A stretch of 64,000 nt of DNA from Cystobasidiomycetes sp. EMM_F5 (Eukaryota), in assembly GCA_051047955.1 (NCBI GenBank), contig JBPGPT010000028.1:62001-126000 (forward strand), read 5' to 3'. The notes below the pieces were generated by a model, which was given only the letters and a program-made list of their open reading frames with translations, was not told the origin of the DNA and did not search any database. Of the stretch, positions 1 to 14,759 are shown one piece after another. A program made the translations under genes and the position numbers. Numbering within the stretch: the stretch's first letter is position 1; the number at the start of each line of letters is the position of its first letter.

Positions 1-925
1 CAGCTTCTGCTCCGAGGGCGTGCATTGCGACATCGTGAGCTGTAGCTCCGTCTCGTGCAGCAACGACGGCTGCATGGTGAGCGGCTCGAGCAGAACCAAA
101 ACTACCGCTAAAGCTGCTTCGATTGCTCGCCATTGCTGCTGCTCCTCCCCGCCCGACATATCTGGCAGGCATTGGCGGAAAGTACGGATTGCGATTGTCG
201 GACGATGTACCGCCTGACGGTAGGGGTGCGTTATTGATATAACTCCCCGTTCTGCTCATTGGGGGAGCGGGCGTGCGAAAGGGTGTCATGCGGAATGGCG
301 TGGCGTAGACTGATGAAGATGAGGATGCTCGAGATAGACCCGACACACTCGAGTCGCTCGATGTGCTATCGCCCCGCTGCAGTGCTACAGACTTGGGGCC
401 GGCGAGTGGTCTGTCCAAGTCTACGTCTGGGGATGACACCTCTGAACGGTTTGCCGAGCCTGTCGAACGGTCGCCGGCACTGTCGTTGTGTGCGTGAGTC
501 TCGTCGTCGTCGTTGGAATGGTATGCGTGATGCGCCGAGCTGAATGCAGAGTCGACGGGCAGAGATGGGGAAGGGGGATGATTCAAATTTCTGCGAGCTG
601 CATCTCCAACCTGCAGAGCGCTAGGTTGACGCGGAGTGAGAGCGAGTGCTGCAGCCGTGACGGCGTCAATGTCTGCATCCTGAGCTTGTATCGCCTCGCC
701 ATTCTCAGACTCGCTCAACGCTGCCATATCAGTAATATCATGCAACACTGCCAGCCTCGGTATGCTCTCGTCGTTGCTGTTGGCGCGTGTGGGTGTTTGC
801 GGGTCATCTGCGACAGCGAGGCCGCGACCAGCTGGATGGATATGGCTGTCGATGGCTGCAGATGGCAGGCTCAGTCCGAGGATAGGCGTCCTCGACGTCG
901 ACGTGGCCGTTGCTGTGGCCGACAT
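1..925 (-). CDS. Partial gene (5' part), low-complexity/disordered N-terminus, runs off the window edge
   Basis: Manual translation from ATG 925 (MSATATATSTSRTPILG...) stays open to base 1. It is missing from the ORF track, presumably because no stop lies within the window. Confidence 0.7.
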   Translation of the reverse strand, partial: MSATATATSTSRTPILGLSLPSAAIDSHIHPAGRGLAVADDPQTPTRANSNDESIPRLAVLHDITDMAALSESENGEAIQAQDADIDAVTAAALALTPRQPSALQVGDAARRNLNHPPSPSLPVDSAFSSAHHAYHSNDDDETHAHNDSAGDRSTGSANRSEVSSPDVDLDRPLAGPKSVALQRGDSTSSDSSVSGLSRASSSSSVYATPFRMTPFRTPAPPMSRTGSYINNAPLPSGGTSSDNRNPYFPPMPARYVGRGGAAAMASNRSSFSGSFGSARAAHHAAVVAARDGATAHDVAMHALGAEA

Positions 926-1210
926 GCTGGGTTATGTTGGATGTATCGATATTGATGTCGCCCGTTTCCGTCGTTATAGCACGCCGACCCTCCAGCCTTC
1001 CAGCGCTGCGGCACTCGTCCTCATATCATGCCCATGTCCATGTTTGCGTCTATAGCCTGCATATCAGACTGGCGTCAAGGCTCAAATTATTATTTTTCAT
1101 GCGAGGGCCTCGACCACCAAAGCCAAATGGCACCGTCGCCCCGTCGCCTAACAGGCACCGACCCGCAATTTATATCCAACTGGCACGGCATTACAGTTGG
1201 CACGGTCATG

Positions 1211-3287
<2,077 letters not shown>

Positions 3288-3475
3288 TTGGAAACAAACG
3301 CAGCTGTTGGTTGTCTGGAAAGACGTCGACTTGAAAGTCTTGAAGTATTTTGATACGTCTGATCATCAGACGGCTCTTTCGACAATTACAACTGAACATA
3401 AACCTGTGCACTACTGAAGTCTGAGTCTGATACTGCTCTGGTAGTGGGACATCCATCATGGCTCATCCGCACGCA

Positions 3476-5365
3476 ATGAACTACTTTAGCACGAGAGGCG
3501 GAGCAGAACGGCTTTCGTTTGAAGAGGTGGGTATCCATTACAGGCTGTGGAACAAAGCATCCTGAGAGTGAATTGCCCAGGCCGTGATGACCGGACTCGC
3601 AAAAGACGGGGGCCTCTACATCCCAGCACACCTCCCCCGGCTGCCGATAGACTGGCAGACGACTTGGGCAGATCTATCCTACCAGCAGCTCGCTCTTCAA
3701 GTTCTACGCCTATTCATCGACCAAGATGAGATTCCTACAGAAGATTTACAACAACTCGTCGATAGAAGCTACTCCACATTCCGTGATCCAGAGCTAGCCC
3801 CGCTCGTCCGCGTAGGCGACAACGAGTATATTCTCGAGCTGTTCCACGGCCCGACATATGCATTCAAGGATGTAGCTCTCCAGTTCCTCGGCAACCTCTT
3901 TGAATACTTTTTGAGCCGGAGAAATGCAAACAAAGCACCTGATGCGCACGACAGGGAGAGAATTACAGTGGTCGGCGCGACGAGCGGCGATACAGGTTCT
4001 GCAGCTATTTATGGTCTTAGAGGAAAGAAGGACGTTTCCATCTTTATACTCCACCCGAAAGGACGGGTATCTCCAATTCAAGAAGCGCAAATGACGACAG
4101 TCAAGGATGAAAACGTTTACAATTTGGCTGTAAAGGGCACCTTTGACGACTGCCAGGTGGGCATACCTCCTCTATCTCTGCTGCATAAACATTACTGACA
4201 CATAGTCACGCAGGACATTGTGAAAACACTCTTCGCCGACACTGACTTCAACAACACATACCATCTCGGCGCGGTAAACAGCATCAACTGGGCGCGTATT
4301 CTCGCTCAAATCACCTACTACTTTTCTTCCTACTTTGCTCTTCTAAAAAAACTCTCGTCCGACACGACATCTACCGCAAGTCTCAAAGTGCAATATACGG
4401 TCCCTACAGGCAATTTCGGAGATATCCTCGCTGGCTTCTACGCAAAACGTCTGGGACTGCCCATGGAGCCTTTAGTGATTGCTACAAATGCAAACGACAT
4501 TCTCGTCCGATTCTTCAAAACTGGTCGTTACGAAAAGGCAGATTCAAGTAGCAGTAATGTCGAGGAGACTTCACAGACAGAAAAGACGAATGGAGCGACA
4601 GATGGCGGCCAAGCTGATGCGAGCAGTGGCGGTGTCAAGGAAACGCTCAGCCCAGCAATGGATATCCTCGTCAGTTCAAACTTTGAAAGGTTATTGTGGT
4701 TCCTCGCGTTTGAAAACTTGTCATATTCGGCGCATATCGATGAACACAGAGGAGATGTGGATGGTGGTGCCAGAGTGAGGATAGAGAAATCGGGGGAAAT
4801 TGTAAAGGAGTGGATGAATCAGCTCAAGACGAAAGGGTCGTTCGAGGTGTCGCATCAAGTACTACAGGCGGCAAAGCGAGAATTTACCGCAGAGCGCGTC
4901 AGCGATGAGGAGGTGGGTGGACTATTCGCTGCTCCCCGCGACAGTGTGTCACGCATGCTGATGGACGATGAACAGACCCGCGAGATTATCAGACTGTATT
5001 ATCGTGGTGACAATGCATACGCTGGATCGTATGTAGCTGATCCACATACGGCCATCGGACTCGCAGCAGCACAGCGAGTGCAGAAAGATAACCTCACGCA
5101 AATCGTCCTCTCAACAGCGCATCCCGCTAAATTCGCAGAAGCTGTAGAATCCTCATTGAAAGAGTACGCGGCTTTCGATTTCTCAAAGGATGTCCTGCCA
5201 GAGGAATTTAGAGGGTTGCTGGCAATGGAGAGACGAGTCATTGACGTCAGTGGCCCGGAACCGGAAAAGACGAAGAAAATAATAGAAGAACATGTGGGGC
5301 ATCTTTTTGGGAATGTTCCCGGTCAAAAAGCACCGCCAGTCACAGAACAGACTGCGAGCGTGTAG
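3476..5365 (+). CDS. THR4: Threonine synthase
   Basis: MNYFSTRGG, GLAKDGGLY, LELFHGPTYAFKDVALQ (PLP lysine), GATSGDTGSAA, NSINWARI, STAHPAKF. Introns at about 3527-3580, 4157-4213 and 4913-4975. Confidence 0.97.
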
Positions 5366-5490
5366 AGAGGTGCCAATGCTACTGTTGTATCATTCTATAG
5401 TACTAGTGCTAGTCGTACGGATAGATTTATGCTATACTTGGCCAATGCTGCGATAGTATATTCGCATGATATACGGGACGGACGATACCC

Positions 5491-7053
5491 TCATGTACCT
5501 TTACCACTCTTCTTGCTCTCATTCATTGCCTTCCATAGCTGCATGCCGGCACAACAATTAGCAAGGACGGCGATTGGGCCTGACAAAAGCTGGACAGCAG
5601 CTCACGTTTCTGAAAAAGTTGGGCAGTTGCTCCCACTCAAACTTGATGATAGCTTTGAACGAGTCATTGAGCAGGGCAATGAGTACGTCGTCTCTACCAG
5701 CTTGCAAATTCGGCCTGTACGTAAATGCAGGCAAGTCGCGGTCGAGCGTCTCTTCTTGTAGGCTGAAATGGAGGGTTCGCTTCTTTTTCGAGTCTGACAT
5801 GAGAAGGTCGTATATCCCGTCTGGAGACTTTTTGACAAGACTTATACCCGTCATCTCGCTTGTGATGGAATGGAAGTCGCGCAAAGTATCCATCTGTGAT
5901 TGTTGGCTTGCGGAAGGAGCGACCGTGGTGGAAGAGGGGGCCAGTCCATTTGCACTCGGTCCTTCTCGCTTGACGGCCTCGAGCATCTTGCGCGACTGCT
6001 GCGTTTCAAAATCGAGCTCCTTTTCGAGTCTTGCGACTAGACAAGCATAGCATCAGCTACGAGCTGTGTATACTGTGATGAATCCACCAGATTGACTGAC
6101 TTTTGTCGAGCGCACTCTGGCGCTCTTCGTCTGCCCTTTGTAAGGCGGCGGCATGTCTGGCTTCTTGATCGCTCGCTTTAGCCATCAATTGCTGCATCTG
6201 CATTTTGGCAGTCTTTTGATTGCGGCTGTATTCGTCTCGCGCATCCCGCGTCTCTGCCAATTCAGCTTGTAGTGCATCATATTCGGCCTGCGGTACTGTA
6301 TCTGGCGGCGGATGCCGTTTTGCATGACGGGACACAGGCGAGGTTGCGTCATCCTCCCCGTCCGCCTCTTCTGCGTGACCATTGCGTCGCTTTACGTTAG
6401 CTCCCAGATTGTCTTGCGATATATCATCTTGAGCAAGAATCTGCCTCTTCAGATCCTGGTTCTCCGCTTTCAGCCCTTCAATTTCCGACGCGTATCCTTG
6501 TACTGCTTTACGTGAAGCTGTTGAAGGAGTCGAAACGTCAATGAAATGTTTAGCACTGACAACATTGACGGGATTCCCGTACGAACCTTGTTGTCTGGCA
6601 TCGCTTTCACGCACGACATCAGCTAGACGCGCTTCTACTTCTGTTTCACGTATCGCTCTCAGGTTGTCAAAGAGGATCTGCAGTTTTCGATACGCCTTCT
6701 TGACCTGCGTGTTTGCGTAAAAAACACAACAAACAAGTCAGCACTCTCAGTCGCAGCGAACGACTTTTCGCGTATTATACCTCTTGCAGTTCCACGTCTC
6801 GCTTCTCAGACTCGTGCTGTTCCGTGACATGCGCCGTTGACCCAGCTCCTTCGCCAGCTTCTGTTGACTGTTTATCGCACTTGTTTCCACGACTACTCGA
6901 CGCGATACTGCCCCCAGCCGACGTGGAAGCTACTTCCTGTCCGTATCTGCTCGCTGCAGCGCTCCGACTTGACCGCAAATCGACATTATCCTCGTCGACG
7001 CCGTCGTCCTCTGATGGATTCGCCCGTTTCTTGCCCTTTGGACCAGCGGGCAT
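5491..7053 (-). CDS. Monopolin complex subunit Csm1/Pcs1-like (coiled coil plus C-terminal globular domain)
   Basis: Coiled coil followed by EMTGISL...TLHFSL...FTYRPNLQAGRDDVLIALL...IKFEWEQLPNFF, which resembles the fungal Csm1 C-terminal domain. Last exon LWKAMNESKKSGKGT*. Confidence 0.65.
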
Positions 7054-7555
7054 TTCGCAAACGCTTGGACGGCGCTAACTGCTGAATGTGATGTCTAGCC
7101 TACGCTGATGGACTCGCGGTAATCAAGCGTCGTATCTGCAGCTTCAGGTTGTTGGTCGTCGTTGGAAGAGAGTCGCGGCCAGGGCAGTACAAAACGATAT
7201 TCCTCTTCGCCCTACATTACCGCATGTTCAACATCCTATACCCTACCTTCATCCCTCTCTACCTACTGACGGATCAGGTCTGACGCTTCCCATCTCTCGT
7301 CACGAGTGCGTCCCGACGACCACCTCAACCCGACGCCTGGAAAGACTCTCGCATGATACTGAGCTGGCTCATCAATGTACAGGCATGCGGCATAACATAC
7401 CACTGACTGCGAGCTCCTTTGCGGCGACAGAAGCATTTGTCGCCTAAATGACGTCGGCCATGAGCAACGGCAATGTCGGCTAATCAGCGACAGTGTTCGA
7501 CGTGCAAGATCCATTCAATAGTTGATGGATGTCTCTGTTTTCCACCATCGACATC

Positions 7556-9670
7556 ATGTCTGCATTCATGACACAGCTCAAGAAATTGCGCATCGCGGAT
7601 GGACAGGTGCGCACACAGAGCCTGCCATGCTGGTCGCGCTAATCATGCAATGCATCTTCAGAATGCATCCGTCATGCCAGTGCCTCCGAACGAAGCTGCA
7701 TGGTGTGTCTCGGCGCTCATTGCCAGTGAGGGCACAGATAACGAAGTGACCGCTCTACGGACTTTCTGGCGGTATTCGTCTGGAACGCATTCAATATTGG
7801 AACATGGACCACAGGCTCGTCCCTTCTTTCGCTTGGCCTCACAGTATGGCAGGCTATGATTTGCGTGATCATTGGACTTTGCTTCGTGCTGGTAAGTTTG
7901 TAATCTCAGCTTGAAGTAACGGCGAATCATTGCTTCTGTCATGGATACTCAGCTCCTGGCAGTGGCTTGCGGCCTCATCGGCTCCACTTACCGTATTACT
8001 GAACCTTTAGGTGGGCGGATCACTCGTGTCCATGCATTACAGATTTCTGACGAGCAACATCAGCAAGGTCTGTACACAATACACAAAGAAGTGACAAACA
8101 GCTGAAACTGTCTATAGGTGTCTCTCTGCTGGCATCCGAGGCCACCATCTGTTCGTTGCGATTTTCGCGATAACGACAATGCTTTGGTATGGGGTGAGGG
8201 ATGGTGCATGTCGCTCGTCTTCAGGATGCACGAATTACTTTGCTAAAGCCATTCGAAACAGTGCCTCAAGGTAGTATTCGTGGCGATCTCCCCCGCTTTC
8301 TACAGTATGCCAAATCATACAGGAGCGATCCCAACAAACAACCTTATCTGTATCATCACCTTTTGGCTAATAACTCTTCCTCTACATTATCCCGAAGCGG
8401 CACGACTGCGTCTAGCTAGCAAAATAGGTGGTGTAGCCACCTTTATCACGCTGGTTTCTCTTGTCTGCGTTACTCTGGCAAAAGCACGAGGTGTCGGCCC
8501 GTGAGTCTTACAGCCTTCAGTTAAAGTTGTGACCGCTCAGCTAACGCCCAAAATGCCGTGTCAAGTCTGTTTCGAGATCCATATGCGCTTGTCGGCGTGA
8601 CATCAGTACCGGAGGGAGCCGACCTCGCTTTCGCTCTTTGTTTTGGCGCGTCAAATACGCTTGCGAGTGTAGGACTTGCCTGGCACATCTCGTATACGCG
8701 CTATGCGGCACGTCGCACAAGTGCAGTTCCAGCGCAGATCATCGTTACTCTGTTGATTGCGCTCGGAACCATTTTCGGAATCCTAGCTACATCTGCTGTT
8801 GCAGAATTCTATTCAGATGAACCTCTTCTTTGGGCTCCATACGAAGTATTGATGGCGCTCATTCGTAAAGAGCCAAAATCGACAGCCGGGATACGGGCAG
8901 CCGCTTTCATAGCTGGATTGGCTCTCTGTGTTGGCCAACTGGGTATGAATGTGAACGGGTGAAGAGTAAGGGTTTTTGACAATGACATATTTCTGAGGTG
9001 TACGTACCTTCAGGAACGGCTTCACAAACGGCGTTCGCTTGGCTTCGCTCTTCCCGAAATTTGTTAATCGCCGGCGAGGCAGCTACATAACTGCGTGCAT
9101 AGGGTTGGCGGTCAATCCATGGCGATTCGCAGATGGTGCAGGCGCTTTCCAGCGCTTTCTTGCAGGAAACTCCATTTTCCAGGCGACAGTCACTTCTTTG
9201 ATGTGAGCAAGATCATGCCGCCAGCGTAATTCACCTAAGCGTTGTTTCTTATAGTATCACAGGCTATTACTTCGTACAACGGCGCAGCATACAAGTCGAC
9301 CATCTTTACATGCACTCTTCACAATCGGTGTACTGGTATACACGAGGCTTTAACTGGCGCGCTGGACTGGCATTTCTGCTCGGGATGGGGTTCCTCTTAC
9401 GTGAGATCCTTGACCTGTTACAGTTGTGATTTGCCTGCTGATGGTGCATTAAAAGCTGGGCTCGCGTATTCGATTTCTAATAAGCAATTGGACATGGGGG
9501 CTGGATGGCAACGCCTATATGACTTAAGCTACTTTGTAGCGTTTTTCATAACGGGAGTATCGTACTGGCTCTTATCTACAGCCTTCCCGCCTGACAAAGC
9601 AAGCGTCGATTCTTCCGAAGACGACGGTTGTAGCAAAAGAGAATACGACGAAAGTTCGGGAATGCCGTAG
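7556..9670 (+). CDS. NCS1 (Fur/Dal4-like) nucleobase/allantoin permease paralogue 1, possibly degenerate
   Basis: TWTTGSSLLSLGLTVWQ, NRRRGSYI, VNPWR, YWYTRGFNWRA, LYDLSYFVAF. Apparent 14-nt deletion at about 8194-8203 relative to paralogue 2. Confidence 0.85.
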
Positions 9671-10009
9671 CCGGTGGCCTAGTCGAGCACTGTCAACTTT
9701 GAAGTCAGCTACCTGCCAAAGAGCGCACACTTTGCCTGTATCTTCCACAATCTCGACCATATCTCATCCGAATCTTCGTTGTCTGGGTTTGCCCTTACTA
9801 CTACACGATCTGTGACATGTCACACAAGCGATGCGATATGCGACACTGACCGTCATAATCTTCATCCAGAACGTCATCGCTTGCCTGCGTCTACCGCTAC
9901 CGTTGGCAACGGTTATGTCGGCTAAATTCTGTCAATGATGTTGAACGCAGCTATTTCAATATTTTTGCGAGTCCGCCTATATCTCTCTTGGCGCACGACA
10001 AACACAGCA

Positions 10010-12292
10010 ATGTCTGCATTCAAGGATCAAATCAAGAAATTGCGCATTGGAGACGGACAGGTGAGTGTCATTGAGTTGGCACAGGCAACGGGCTGATCTT
10101 GACTTTGCCAGAATGCTGCGGTCATGCCAGTGCCGGCAAAAGACGCTACATGGTGGGCATACTTAGTCTTGGTTGATATCCGATCCCTGCTCATGCTGGA
10201 GTACCATTTTCCCACGCATTCTCTCCTCTGCGCCACTTGACCGGTCTATCTTCTTCGTCGCATCCGCGCCATAGGACTAGCATGGACTTCTTATCCATGG
10301 TGATATGGAACTCATTGTGTATTTCGAACTGGACAGTCGGATCTTCGCTCCTCTCGCTGGGTTTGAACGTCTGGCAGAGTTTTCTAGTTGTGATCATAGC
10401 GTTAATGGCTGCGATGGTACTGAAGTCTACAAGCCGTTGATATTTGGAAATCGAATTGCTGACGCTGCGCGTTTTGTAGATTGTAGCCATTGCCAATGGG
10501 CTCATCGGCTCAACGTACCGAATAGCAGAGCCTGTCGGTGAGTATGCGTAATATCTTGCATCATATGGCCTCCCTTACCTCGTTCGCAGCAATGTACGTC
10601 CAGCTACACAAACCCCTGCAGAGATCGTCCAGCTCATACACCTACAGGCGCATTTCTGCAGGCATACTCGGTCAGAACATCCTGGTTCTGGATTCTAGCA
10701 GCCACGACATTTCTGTGGTACGGAGTGCAAGCCTATTACGGTGGAATGGTGCGCTAGCCTTTCTAGTCTTATCAAACCTTGTGTCGTCCAGAAGCTGACT
10801 CCTTCGGAAGCCAGTGCCTCAAGGTTGTCTTCGTCGCCCTTGTTCCCCGCTTTTTGGAAATGCCAAATCGCACGGGAAGCATACCATCTAATGACCTAAT
10901 CTGCTTCATGCTGTTCTGGTTCGCCAGCTTGTTGCTCCATTACCCGGAGGCCAGTAGTCTTCGACTAGCTAGCAAGATTGGAGGGGTGGCTACTGCGGTA
11001 ACGCTGGTCTCTTTGGTCTGCGTTTGCCTGGCGAAAGCTCGTGGGGTAGGACCGTGAGTCTTGTCTTTCGCGGCAGCATAAGAAAGGTGCCTCAATTGCC
11101 GTCTCTAGCCTATTCGACAGCCCTTACGCCTTGGTCGGCGTTACCAAGATTCCATACGGTGCTGATCTCATATTTACTATGTGCTATGGTGTCTCCAACA
11201 TCTGGGGAACGGCAGGATTTACCTCGCACATCTCCTATACGCGTTTCGCAAAATATCGAACAACCGCCATACCAGCCCAAATCACGGTCGTAATCCTAAT
11301 AGCGGCCGTAGCCATCTTTGGTGTGCTTGCGACGTCCGCTGCGGCGAAGTTCTACCCCGCCGAAGATCTACTGTGGGCACCTTACAACCTATTGATAGCA
11401 TTCATACGTATCGAAGGGAGTGCAGGTGCGCGTGCTGCTGCATTCTTTGGAGGCATGGCTCTGGCTATCGGTCAGCTAGGCATGAATGTCAACGGGTTAG
11501 ACATCGAGCCAAATGGTATGCACAAACGCTGACGGCCTGCCCTTTCGGCTTTGCTGCTCTTGCAGAAATGGCTACGCGAACGGGATACGCTTGGCGAATG
11601 TCTTCCCAACATGGCTGAATCGGAGACGCGGAACCTATCTCACTGCATGTGTGGGCGAGTTCAGGGTGCTTTTGTGCCGCAGACAACTGTCTCACTGTTT
11701 CATATCCAGGAATTGCTGTCAACCCATGGCGCTTAGCAGGAGGAGCCGGAGCTTTTCAGCGCTTCTTAGGTGGAAGTGCGTGCTGGGGTGCTGCAATCGT
11801 TTCTCTCATGTGAGTGAACCGTGCAGGGTTTGCGCGAACCGAATCTTACATGTCTGATAACGTCAAATAGTTTGACAGACTACTATTTTGTGAAACGACA
11901 ACGCATTGTGGTCAGTCATTTGTACGTCCGGTCAGCAGCGTCGATATACTGGTACACTGGTGGATACAATTGGCGAGCCGGCGTATCCTTTGTCCTTGGG
12001 CTGAGTCTACTGCTACGTATGTGCTTCTTAGCGTGCTTAATGTGGGAGGTCGTGTGCTAACATGTTGAGCGTGTCAGCCGGATTGGCTTACGCTGTATCG
12101 GACGATACACTCAACCTGAGTCAAGGTTGGCAACGAATTTACGACCTCTGCTACTATCTGTCGTTTGCGATTACAGGTGTTTCGTATTGGTTACTTTCGT
12201 TTCTTGTTCCGTCAGCATCGCGGGAAGATGTGCACAAGCCAGAAGACGCTACGACTACCGAGGACGCAGGAACAAGCGATTTGAAGGTTTAG
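10010..12292 (+). pseudogene. NCS1 permease paralogue 2 with a +1 frameshift (pseudogene or assembly error)
   Basis: Colinear with paralogue 1 (NWTVGSSLLSLGLNVWQ, WYGVQAYYGG, LTDYYFVKR, YWYTGGYNWRA). One extra base at about 10690-10691 breaks the frame. Confidence 0.7.
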
Positions 12293-12397
12293 CCGCTCCT
12301 TCATAGCCCACGCGCTCAGGAACATCAATCCTTCAACAAGCAGCTAACCCTCAACGATGCTGCCTACACAACGTGGCCGTCACACCGGACCAGCAAA

Positions 12398-14239
12398 CTA
12401 AGCCAACAGCGCACTAGGTCGAGTGGGGAACCGTTTATTTTGCAAGCGTACTGCTTGTATGTTGTTGGAGATCAGATCGCCTATGCGAAGATCAACCAGA
12501 GCTTGTTCCGCTGACGAAGTGAAGCGCAGACTTTGCGAAGCGGTACCGCTCTCATTAGGCTTGATGAAGGACATTGAACGCTTCCGCAACCGAGCCATAC
12601 GCGGCATTGATGACGACGCCTTCGTGGGTGACTGCGCCGGAGTTGACACATCATGGCCTCCTTCTTGCGGCCAGGCTTCGACATTTTCGATGTGTGCCTT
12701 TCGATCACCATCACCATCACCAAGTAGACCGCGTTGGCCGTACATTCGGACAACGTTGGTCAATGCTGAACAGTCAGACATCGTAAGACACGCACATTGC
12801 AAGGAATCGAACTGATTCAACGAACCCTGCTTCCATATTTCCAGTTCTTGTTTACATGACAGACCAATTTGAAAGCGATTATCGCCCTGCGATATCATGA
12901 AGCTGTGTGCGAGCAAGCTCTGTCCATCAGGTAAAGAGTGGAATCTCAGAGACTCTAAAGGTAAGAACTGTTCAGGGTGATACTCCTTGGCTTTCTTGAT
13001 CCACACTAGAACCAAGCAGGATTGGTACAGTACAAGCCCAAGATATCTGACGTTGTGGACCTGGCCTTCATCTTGAGTTGATACCACGACATGGCCCGTT
13101 CCAATCAAAGTCAATTTCTCCCGTCGAGCGAAGGTGCCCACATCACCCATCATCCGCTCCGCTAGCTTCTTACTCATATTGAGTAGATCCTGCTGCTTCT
13201 GAGCTTCGTCGACACTTGTAGCATTCTGCGCAGCAGCCCTATAGGCTTGAGCAATTATGGTTGCGTGCTCGGCAGGTGCATGTTTGAGCAGTGCTTGAAA
13301 TAAGAGAGGGTAGCGACAGATGCGCTGTATCGGCTTTATCAGATAATCGACCAGGTCGAGCTTGTTCTGTAGTCTGCTGTTGTGATGCAAGGCATACGAA
13401 CACCGCTTTTCAAATTCAGCCGACTGAAAACGGTTTGAAAACGTAGTCTTTAGAACATCCATGGCTTCGGCATGCGTGGAACAGAAGTCACTATATACGC
13501 TCCGCATGAGTTTGAACGCGTCGAGGAAGGCATCCATAATTTTGACTACTTTGTTCAGCAAGCGACCAGCAGTATCAAGATTTTGAGCTTTAGAGAGGGT
13601 CCTATACTCGATGGTTGCATTACCTATTTCTTTAACCAGAATCTGATGCAATTCTAGTAGCTGGGAGGCATTTCGGACGATGGCACAGCGTTGCCCTGTG
13701 CTTATAAAGGAAGCGGATGCGAGTTCCGAAAAGTACACCTCGACGAGATGCGTCAGATCTGAAGTGTATGCGCGCTCCGTCTCGAGCAGCTCGAGCAGGG
13801 CGAAATAGAAATGATCACTGCAGGCATTTTCATCGGTCTGCTCGACTGCTGATTCCTCTGCTTCCAATGCGGAGCCTATTGGAATGTCTACCGTCTCGGC
13901 TGGCTGCTCGCTGATTCGCGGCATCGACACTGTCCGCTGCAGAGAGGGTGCTCCACGGACATGATGTCTGTCAGGCCAGCTATATTCAACATTGGGTACA
14001 AAAGTCTGCCGCACGATGGGGCTGGTCAGTGATGGAGCCAGCGACACTTTGGCACAAAAGTCTGCCAGGTCGAGAGCATCGGAGATGGATAAAAGTGGCT
14101 TTCGAGATGGAGAAGGCAACTGGAGTGGTGTTGAATTTGACGGAGAGAATAATGCTATGTATACAATGCAGGCATGTGAGTCGACATCCTCGACTGCGCT
14201 CACGGCATACTGTAGCCGTGCATCGTACCTTGTTGCCAT
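12398..14239 (-). CDS. Dbl-homology (DH)-PH Rho guanine-nucleotide exchange factor
   Basis: ELLETERAYTSDL and DYLIKPIQRICRYPLLF DH motifs, followed by a PH-like region ending ELEIWKQ. Confidence 0.9.
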   Translation of the reverse strand: MATRYDARLQYAVSAVEDVDSHACIVYIALFSPSNSTPLQLPSPSRKPLLSISDALDLADFCAKVSLAPSLTSPIVRQTFVPNVEYSWPDRHHVRGAPSLQRTVSMPRISEQPAETVDIPIGSALEAEESAVEQTDENACSDHFYFALLELLETERAYTSDLTHLVEVYFSELASASFISTGQRCAIVRNASQLLELHQILVKEIGNATIEYRTLSKAQNLDTAGRLLNKVVKIMDAFLDAFKLMRSVYSDFCSTHAEAMDVLKTTFSNRFQSAEFEKRCSYALHHNSRLQNKLDLVDYLIKPIQRICRYPLLFQALLKHAPAEHATIIAQAYRAAAQNATSVDEAQKQQDLLNMSKKLAERMMGDVGTFARREKLTLIGTGHVVVSTQDEGQVHNVRYLGLVLYQSCLVLVWIKKAKEYHPEQFLPLESLRFHSLPDGQSLLAHSFMISQGDNRFQIGLSCKQELEIWKQGSLNQFDSLQCACLTMSDCSALTNVVRMYGQRGLLGDGDGDRKAHIENVEAWPQEGGHDVSTPAQSPTKASSSMPRMARLRKRSMSFIKPNESGTASQSLRFTSSAEQALVDLRIGDLISNNIQAVRLQNKRFPTRPSALLA

Positions 14240-14759
14240 ACGGCGGTCGTCGAATCATCTAGATGACGGGCACTCGTCGTCGTTAGCGATGACGAACAAA
14301 AGACGGTATCGTCGTAGTGGAAGAGGGTCGTCGTCCGCACCGTCTCTGTGGTTGTGATAGGAGACTGGACATCGCAGAGGGAGTACGTCGGGGGGCAGTC
14401 GTACGCGTATGCATGCTGCCGAGTGTCCATCAATCGAGTATACGTAGAACTTGAAGGGTGTATATCGAATACTGAATAATCAATCAATGATACTATCCAT
14501 TTGCCAATCATGAATAATATTGTTAATACTCGTGACTGCGACGACCACAGCTCAGGCAACACACCCCTCCAGTCATGGTGAGCTGCGACTGCTGCAGTGC
14601 TGCACTGAGTGAGTGAGCTGACTAATCCCTCTCCTCTCCTCGCTCGCCCTGTCTGGACCCTGACGCTGTGCACTGGATCCCATTCCCATTCCCAATATCG
14701 ATATATATCCTCGATGGCCACTTCTCATCTGCACTGTGCTGCATGTATCCACCCTGCAA

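Noticed and set aside
4913..4975. In-frame, stop-free intron in THR4 (similar cases in RMT3 and the RhoGEF)
   Set aside because: Expected by chance for short introns whose length is a multiple of three. There is no evidence of regulated retention.
7556..12292. TPP riboswitch in the NCS1 transporter introns
   Set aside because: No CTGAGA element followed by the rest of the aptamer consensus was found on the sense strand.
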